From positions 44,671 to 108,670 of IMG/VR virus record IMGVR_UViG_3300023184_004051: a stretch of DNA of 64,000 nucleotides; one strand, 5' to 3'. The stretch comes from a virus. Shown here piece by piece: positions 58,277-64,000 of the stretch. The position numbers and the translations under genes were made by a program. The notes beneath the pieces are model-generated. The model was not told where the DNA came from. It did no database searches and saw only the letters and a list, made by a program, of their open reading frames with translations. Position 1 is the stretch's first letter, and every line of letters starts with the position of its first letter.

Positions 58277-58898
58277 AGTCACGCCAGACGATTTCACTCG
58301 CATCGTCATAGGGGTTGACCCATCCGTGACTTCAGGCGAGAGCGCAGACGAAACGGGCATCGTTGTAGTTGCAGCCGGCCCACACCAGCCCGATACTTGC
58401 GTGATTGAGACTTGCGACAGCCACGGCTATGTGCTACAGGATGCGACGCTCGCCAAGACCAACAAGAACAGCGTTGACGCTTGGGTGCAACGGGTCATCG
58501 AGGTCTTTGACGATTGGAACGCCAACCTTGTTGTGGTGGAAAGTAATCAGGGCCACGAACTTTTGGAAATGGCGCTGCGGACAAAGCGGCCTGACCTACC
58601 CATCAGCAGACCGAACGCCAAGGAGAACAAGAAGGCACGAGCCGAACCCATTGTGGCGCTCTACGAGCAGGGTCGAGTTCACCACGTTGGCGACGCTGCG
58701 CAGTTCGCTCAGTTGGAGGAACAGATGACGACTTGGGTTCCATCACCAGACGGCAAGCGGCGAGGCAAGTCACCTGACCGCGTTGACGCTCTTGTATGGG
58801 CGCTCGCGGAACTGAACTTGCAGGGCAAGAAATACCGCAAGCAGTTGGAAGCGTTTGCTCCGGTCAACTTCGAGCAACGCAATATGTGGCGTATCTAA
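58269..58898 (+). CDS. terL: Terminase large subunit, nuclease half (separate ORF, +1 frame)
   Basis: RIVIGVDP......DETGI, E.NQG, K..RAEP...LYEQGRVHH, SPDR.DALVWA. Confidence 0.85.
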   Translation: MIRVTPDDFTRIVIGVDPSVTSGESADETGIVVVAAGPHQPDTCVIETCDSHGYVLQDATLAKTNKNSVDAWVQRVIEVFDDWNANLVVVESNQGHELLEMALRTKRPDLPISRPNAKENKKARAEPIVALYEQGRVHHVGDAAQFAQLEEQMTTWVPSPDGKRRGKSPDRVDALVWALAELNLQGKKYRKQLEAFAPVNFEQRNMWRI

Positions 58899-59043
58899 CA
58901 CCACACTAAACGGGGGTAGTAAGATACCGGCCCGATGATTTGAGAGCCTTAGAAGGCATCACAGAGCGAGGCTTTTCGCCATCACCACCCGAAAACGGGC
59001 AAAGCCGTAGGGGGCAGGGCATCTAGCCCCACCCCCCTCGACT

Positions 59044-59379
59044 TCAGTTGCTCGGGGCAGTCGCCACTTCCAAAGCCTTTTGGAAGTAGCGGTGCGCTGT
59101 CGGGTAGGAAACGCCAAAGTTCTTGGCGATGGTCGGGATGCTGTCACCGGCTGCAACACGAGCGTTCAGGTTTGCAACCTGAGTCGGGTTCAGCGCAGGG
59201 CGACGACCACTTCCCTTTTTGCGTGGCTTGCGGGTGGCAGTCACCACAGGGGCAGGAGACTGCGTGAGGCTTTGGAGAGCCTGTGCCGTCAACTTGGTTG
59301 CCTTGCCGTGGTCATCGGCCATCACCGCCACGATTGCTTCGGTCAGAAGCGATACCGTCTTTGCGTTGTGCTTGTTCAT
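59044..59379 (-). CDS. Protein with C-terminal HTH (resolvase-HTH-like)
   Basis: GRRPAL.......GDS...IAK.FGVS..T..RY. Confidence 0.65.
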   Translation of the reverse strand: MNKHNAKTVSLLTEAIVAVMADDHGKATKLTAQALQSLTQSPAPVVTATRKPRKKGSGRRPALNPTQVANLNARVAAGDSIPTIAKNFGVSYPTAHRYFQKALEVATAPSN

Positions 59380-59684
59380 TGTTCACCTCCTTTTGGAACA
59401 TAGGAAATGAATAGCGAGTAGGTTCCATCGCCGTTGCGACGGGTGCGACCCTTGTAGTCAAGTGTCTTGCGACTCACATAACGGGCGGCCCCACTTGGAT
59501 AGCCAGAGAGCAACAGCATCACCTTGCCGATAACTTGGTCGCTATGGGCATCGTCTTGCCAGAGAAACCATTTGTGCGGGTTCTCACGGAGTTGCTTCCG
59601 CCTCGCCTCATACATCTCGGCATCATCACCTAGCAAGCCTGCACGCTGCGGAGGGGTTGCCTCTTGCATTGTGTAGTCGGTCAT
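59376..59684 (-). CDS. Hypothetical protein
   Basis: Coupled ORF with gaggtg RBS. Confidence 0.5.
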   Translation of the reverse strand: MTDYTMQEATPPQRAGLLGDDAEMYEARRKQLRENPHKWFLWQDDAHSDQVIGKVMLLLSGYPSGAARYVSRKTLDYKGRTRRNGDGTYSLFISYVPKGGEQ

Positions 59685-60043
59685 TACTTCACCTCTTTCG
59701 GTTGGAAGTTCCACGCCTCGGCAAACTCCCACGCCTCTTGCAAGAGGTCAGCAGGGGCTTCCTTAGCCGTGATGGTCAACTCAATCAGGCCAAACTCAGC
59801 CAGCCTCATCAAGAACGCTTCATCGCTCATCTCATCGTCAATGAGGATGCGATACTGCACGAACACCCGATAGGCAATGCCACGCTTCGGGTATTTGTGG
59901 TCCATCGGGTTGTAAGACCGCTCACCAATGATGGCGAGGATGTCAAACGCTGATGGTTGGATGATGATGTCCTTACCCCACCTCACCTGCCATACAGCAG
60001 ATGAGGGGGAGAACAGAGCATCGTTGGGCATCTCGGGCATCAC
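59684..60043 (-). CDS. Hypothetical protein
   Basis: ORF coupled to the GATase gene. Confidence 0.55.
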   Translation of the reverse strand: MMPEMPNDALFSPSSAVWQVRWGKDIIIQPSAFDILAIIGERSYNPMDHKYPKRGIAYRVFVQYRILIDDEMSDEAFLMRLAEFGLIELTITAKEAPADLLQEAWEFAEAWNFQPKEVK

Positions 60044-60771
60044 GCAATCGCCTTTCTGCTCTCGCCAATGGCGAGGCTTTCCAAAATCTCACCGTTGCGA
60101 ACACGGAGGTAAGTCATAGGCTCAATGTCCTCAGCCCACGACAGGTCAACCCGTGCGTCAGCACACGCGGCGACGAGCAGAGGCATCGTGGAGGCAAAGA
60201 ACAATGATCCAGTTTTGGTTGCTCCCACCGCCAACGGAGAGCCGTCAACACGAGCGAGGTGGAGGTCACGCTTGTCCTTAGCGTCAAGCCACGCCAGAGC
60301 CGCACGACCTTTGAGCGAACGCAACACCTCAGATGGGGCGTAGACCGTTCGGTTGAGAAGTGCGAACGCAGCCTCACTGTCAACCTGAGCCTTACGAGCC
60401 TCACGGAAGTAGTCAAACACCGCCTTGTCGTTGGAGAGGACACCGTTGTGAACACCAACGATGCGACCACTCACGATGGGATGGTTGTTCAGGTTGTTCT
60501 CCGGTGAGCCTTGCGTCGCCCAACGAGTGTGCAGGATGACCCGCTTCGTGGAGGATGGCATTTGCTTCAGGTAGGGGTCAAACGAGTAAGCGGGGATTGG
60601 CGCTTTGCTGACGGCTATGGTAGCCTTCTTGGTTTGCTTGTTGCTTTGCACCCAAGCCGCTCCTGTCGCATCCTCACCACGAGAAACGATTTGGTTGAGT
60701 AGTGCCATAGACACCTTTCGAGCGTTGATGCTCTCGTCTTTGTGGAGACAAAATCCAGCGATACCACACAT
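60040..60771 (-). CDS. Class II glutamine amidotransferase
   Basis: MCGIAG, RG.DATG, HTRWATQG, NNHP, HNG, DSE. Confidence 0.9.
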   Translation of the reverse strand: MCGIAGFCLHKDESINARKVSMALLNQIVSRGEDATGAAWVQSNKQTKKATIAVSKAPIPAYSFDPYLKQMPSSTKRVILHTRWATQGSPENNLNNHPIVSGRIVGVHNGVLSNDKAVFDYFREARKAQVDSEAAFALLNRTVYAPSEVLRSLKGRAALAWLDAKDKRDLHLARVDGSPLAVGATKTGSLFFASTMPLLVAACADARVDLSWAEDIEPMTYLRVRNGEILESLAIGESRKAIA

Positions 60772-60811
60772 TTTCTTTCTGCTTTCTGTAGTCGGTTTGT
60801 TGAGAGGTTGG

Positions 60812-60845
60812 TCACCTCCCCCCGCCCGCAGGAGAGGGGAGGTGA
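60812..60845 (-). terminator. Stem-loop between amidoligase and GATase
   Basis: tcacctcccc...ggggaggtga. Confidence 0.5.
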
Positions 60846-60851
60846 GAGCGA

Positions 60852-61901
60852 TTAGGAACGGCTACCCGTGAGGCGAGTGGCACGACGGTTGAGGAATGAC
60901 TTGGTGTCATTCCCAAGTGAGGTTGCATCCATCAGCGCCGAGAGGGAACCGAAGTTCTCGGAGGCAACCGGCATCGCAACGGCAGACTCAATGAGAGCCA
61001 AGACGAACTTGACCCACGAAGCCACCTTCTCGCCGTTCAGGGTGCCTTGGTGCTGACGGAACTCAATCGTTCCGTACTTGGCGTAAGCGGTCAAGTTGAT
61101 GACCGAGTAGCGACCAAAGTTGCGAGAGGCATCACTGATTTGCGATGGGGTCACCGCAGAGCGCACGGTGGCGTAGTTGCCGTAGCGAGTCCCGACACCC
61201 AAGTTGAGTGGCGAGCAGTAGCCGTTGGTCTGGCGTGACCGAGCGATGATGGTGTTGATGTGACCCTGATTTGCAGAGTAGAGGTCAAGCACCTTCATAA
61301 TGTCAGCACCCGTGAGGTTGTTCATCCCAACGTGAACGTGAAGTCCGCAGGTGCGGTCAACACGACCACCGGCACGAAGCAAGGTTGAGACTGCCAACGA
61401 TGCCTCAGCGAGTCCAGCCTCGCCCTGAAGGATTGGCGACACCAACTCCAAGCCACCGACACCCGTGCCGGTTCCGGTCACCGAGCCATCGGTCACGATT
61501 TTCCAACCGGACATCACACGGTGCGTGTAGCCCTCGTATGAAACCGAGATGCCAACGGCACGGAGAGCGTCAACAGCAACCGTCGGGCGGATGCCAAAGA
61601 ACTCAGCCTCGATGCCGAAGGTGCGGTTGGAAGGCATTGCCCCCGTGACCCGAACGGCAGGTGCAGTCTGAGTTGCCACCGATGCCACAGCACCAGAGGC
61701 AAGGCGGGCGGATGCGGCTCGGCAGGCTTCAGCCGCACCCTGAGCGGCTGCGTAGCCAAGTCGGTTAGCGATTTCGGCGTAAGCCAATCCACGCTGACGA
61801 AGTGCAAGCGCCTCGTTCTGACGAGCGTGCGTTGCGGAGATGGAACGGTTGCCACTGAGGTTGCTGCGGCGGTAGTTCGTTGGTCGGTTCGTTGCAGGCA
61901 T
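60852..61901 (-). CDS. Putative amidoligase (COOH-NH2 ligase) with N-terminal HTH
   Basis: RTFGIE.E, W....DGS, ELVSP.L, CGLHVH, RY...NL, TIEFR.H.GT. Confidence 0.85.
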   Translation of the reverse strand: MPATNRPTNYRRSNLSGNRSISATHARQNEALALRQRGLAYAEIANRLGYAAAQGAAEACRAASARLASGAVASVATQTAPAVRVTGAMPSNRTFGIEAEFFGIRPTVAVDALRAVGISVSYEGYTHRVMSGWKIVTDGSVTGTGTGVGGLELVSPILQGEAGLAEASLAVSTLLRAGGRVDRTCGLHVHVGMNNLTGADIMKVLDLYSANQGHINTIIARSRQTNGYCSPLNLGVGTRYGNYATVRSAVTPSQISDASRNFGRYSVINLTAYAKYGTIEFRQHQGTLNGEKVASWVKFVLALIESAVAMPVASENFGSLSALMDATSLGNDTKSFLNRRATRLTGSRS

Positions 61902-61908
61902 CTTGCCC

Positions 61909-62194
61909 TCCTTAGTCGGTGTTGGTATTTCCCAACAACAAGAACGATAATGGGGTTGAGTCCAAAAGTCAAGTCAATGTCAAAAAAAGTTTGTCCCCGA
62001 TATCCCTTGCAAATAAAGGGCTTTCGCCGTGTGTCCAAAAATCTCTAAAAAAAACTTTGGCGAAGTCAGCCTGCGGGCAACGAAAAAACGACACCTCAAA
62101 ACAGGCTCTAAAACTTTCTTGCGAAATGACTTGACAACTAAACACGGGTAGTGCATAATGACTACATCGCAACAAGGCGATACCGACTAAGGAA
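61909..62194. promoter_or_regulatory. Divergent promoter region; both leaders carry ACCGACTAAGGA
   Basis: Minus strand: TTGACT-17-TATCGT, box at 61909-61920. Plus strand: TTGACA-18-CATAAT, box at 62180-62194. Confidence 0.65.
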
Positions 62195-62201
62195 GTGCAG
62201 T

Positions 62202-62651
62202 ATGACCGCAACCACCACCCGCCAGCAACGGCTCATCACTTGGATTGAGCGTGTGTCCGGCAAGCCGTGTGACCTCTCAATCGTTGAGGGAAAGATGGCA
62301 TCATTCAACGAGAGCCGTTTGCGCTTTCGCATTGAGCAGTTGACCGGCAAGAAGTTCGTGTTCGGCTTCGACCCAACCGACGACTCAATGGCCGTTGACA
62401 AGCCCAACACCTACGATTGGTTCCTCTCCGACACGGACATCGTGATGGAGTGGACTGACGAGGATTTGGAACTTGCCACCGACTGCGATGGCATTGACCA
62501 CTTCCACACGGTCAACATCGTGACCGACCCCTACGGTTGGACACGACAGACTTGGGAATGCGAGAACGCCGATGGCGACATCACCGAATACTCACAAATC
62601 TCGTTGGACTTCGTTCACGAGTTGGCTTACATCGTGGGAGGTGGCTTCTAA
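62202..62651 (+). CDS. Hypothetical acidic protein
   Basis: ORF following the promoter and RBS. Confidence 0.6.
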   Translation: MTATTTRQQRLITWIERVSGKPCDLSIVEGKMASFNESRLRFRIEQLTGKKFVFGFDPTDDSMAVDKPNTYDWFLSDTDIVMEWTDEDLELATDCDGIDHFHTVNIVTDPYGWTRQTWECENADGDITEYSQISLDFVHELAYIVGGGF

Positions 62652-63118
62652 TGACCACCACCTTTGAGCCTCGCACCGAAGTAGTGGAGCGCATCATCGG
62701 CTTGCTCAGTGAGCCAGCCGTTGATTGCTCCGGCAATGTGACCAAGCAAAGTCGCTCACTGACCGCACCAACTTTGATGGCATTGCTTCACGACATCGAG
62801 TTGCCCGAAATCCGAGTGACCCTCTATGCCCTCGTTCAGCGAGGCATCGTGAAGTGGGATGGCTTCGCCAATCCTTACGGCTCGCCACGAGGCACGATGC
62901 GCGAGCAACGCTTCGCCCTCGTCGCAACCGACTGCCTTGCGTGTGGTCACGACATCGCACACCACCAGACGGCTCGCTACCTCTACCCCGAGAGCGAGAT
63001 GGATGGATACGAGCAACACTCCTGCACGGAGTTTGACTGCGTGACCTCTGGCGACCCTCACGGGTATGGCGAGTACACCTCACGATGCGATGGGTTCGTG
63101 GGGGAGGATGAGTCGTGA
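62651..63118 (+). CDS. Hypothetical protein (wHTH-like N-terminus, Cys/His C-terminus)
   Basis: ggaggt RBS; CLACGH....H...C...C. Confidence 0.55.
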   Translation: MTTTFEPRTEVVERIIGLLSEPAVDCSGNVTKQSRSLTAPTLMALLHDIELPEIRVTLYALVQRGIVKWDGFANPYGSPRGTMREQRFALVATDCLACGHDIAHHQTARYLYPESEMDGYEQHSCTEFDCVTSGDPHGYGEYTSRCDGFVGEDES

Positions 63119-63299
63119 ACGCTAACGAGGTTCTTGCCGACATCCTTCATCACGCCTGCCCTGAGAGCGTGAGCGATGATGGAGTCTACACCTTCCGCAT
63201 CACGACGCATTGCGCAGAGTGGGTTCTCACGGCACGAAGCAACGGAGTCTACTCCTACAACATCTTGACCGCAACTTTGGAAGCCGAATAGGAGGCTTG

Positions 63300-63584
63300 A
63301 TGCGACACCAACCCAAACACGCACGACGACGGAGGCGGGGCAACGAAGTCACGCCCCTCCTTCACGCCCTCGCTCTTGTGGCGGCGTGGCCGATGACCCT
63401 CGTAACGATGCAGACGCTCACGAGCGGGATGCTAGCCCATCTCGGCACACCTCTCGTGACAATCATCGCTCTCGGCATCTTTGCCGTCTACGAGATTGTC
63501 TTTGCGTTCGTCATCGCCTTCGTATGCGTCGTGACTGAGCGATACGAGGAACGGCGCATCCAACGGATACTGGATCGTCGCTAG
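63300..63584 (+). CDS. Membrane protein
   Basis: Two hydrophobic segments; aggagg RBS. Confidence 0.5.
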   Translation: MRHQPKHARRRRRGNEVTPLLHALALVAAWPMTLVTMQTLTSGMLAHLGTPLVTIIALGIFAVYEIVFAFVIAFVCVVTERYEERRIQRILDRR

Positions 63585-63667
63585 CACACCACACCACATC
63601 TGTCAAGTCAATCCGTAGCGATACGGCATCTCGACCCTGCCCCTACATCGGGGGTAGGGTCTTTGCC

Positions 63668-63922
63668 GTGACATCGGACATCTCTTGGTTCTCGCCATAC
63701 GCCGACCAATGGGAAGGCTTCGACTACCGATACGAACGCTTCCATTTCCTCGTAGAGCGCGTAGCGCCTACCGCCTACGCCCTGAGTATCCAAAACTCAC
63801 ACGACACCGCCTACGGCATCACGCTTGATGAGTTTGGTTCGCTGGCCGCTGCCCAATACGCCGCCGAAAGATTTGGTGCGCTACTGCGTGACCTGACCGC
63901 CCCTCAACCGCCCACCGAGTAG
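63668..63922 (+). CDS. Hypothetical protein
   Basis: ORF after a TAGGGT -10 box. Confidence 0.45.
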   Translation: MTSDISWFSPYADQWEGFDYRYERFHFLVERVAPTAYALSIQNSHDTAYGITLDEFGSLAAAQYAAERFGALLRDLTAPQPPTE

Positions 63923-64000
63923 CCCCCCGTAGGCTTGCGTTGCCGGCCTCTATCTGGTGCGTATTTATGCGAGCGTGCAGGCATACGACCTCGATGCACC

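Noticed and set aside
1-64000. tRNA genes, integrase, transposase, portal
   Set aside because: None recognised by eye. Lifestyle cannot be assigned from this window.
1-64000. Frequent GAAATC as an independent motif
   Set aside because: Partly explained by GATC avoidance (GAA-ATC used instead of GAG-ATC).

Overview
The window is a ~55% GC fragment of a tailed dsDNA phage with a siphovirus-like tail module. Many leaderless genes suggest an actinobacterial host (inference). In order it carries: the major capsid gene (5' end cut off); an inserted nucleotide-metabolism cassette; head-tail joining genes; two tandem tail-tube paralogues; a tail assembly chaperone with a G GGA AAA -1 frameshift; tape measure, large minor-tail proteins and a holin; a recombination/replication module (Gam, AAA ATPase, initiator with internal repeats, helicase-loader-like, RusA-like, SNF2 helicase, double ParB); small accessory genes; TerS; a ~2 kb mostly non-coding island; a split TerL; and an amidoligase/glutamine amidotransferase operon. 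No integrase, portal, tRNA or CRISPR array was seen. Three observations stand out. (1) The TerS-TerL gap holds a row of promoter-terminator units: a hammerhead ribozyme candidate, a ~360-420 nt structured RNA, and two small RNAs whose unpaired segments are antisense to an ACCGACTAAGG box in the 5' leaders of several phage genes. (2) Seven (possibly eight) proteins share an N-terminal tag, F..LL...[LIV]xK-GDxxGH[PAE]F[HR]GNQ[YWH], fused to unrelated C-termini (ADP-ribosyltransferase-like, GNAT-like, Zn-binding), suggesting virion-loaded polymorphic effectors. (3) The octamer TAGTGAAA is strongly over-represented across the window. All calls come from reading the sequence by eye; no database searches were run.
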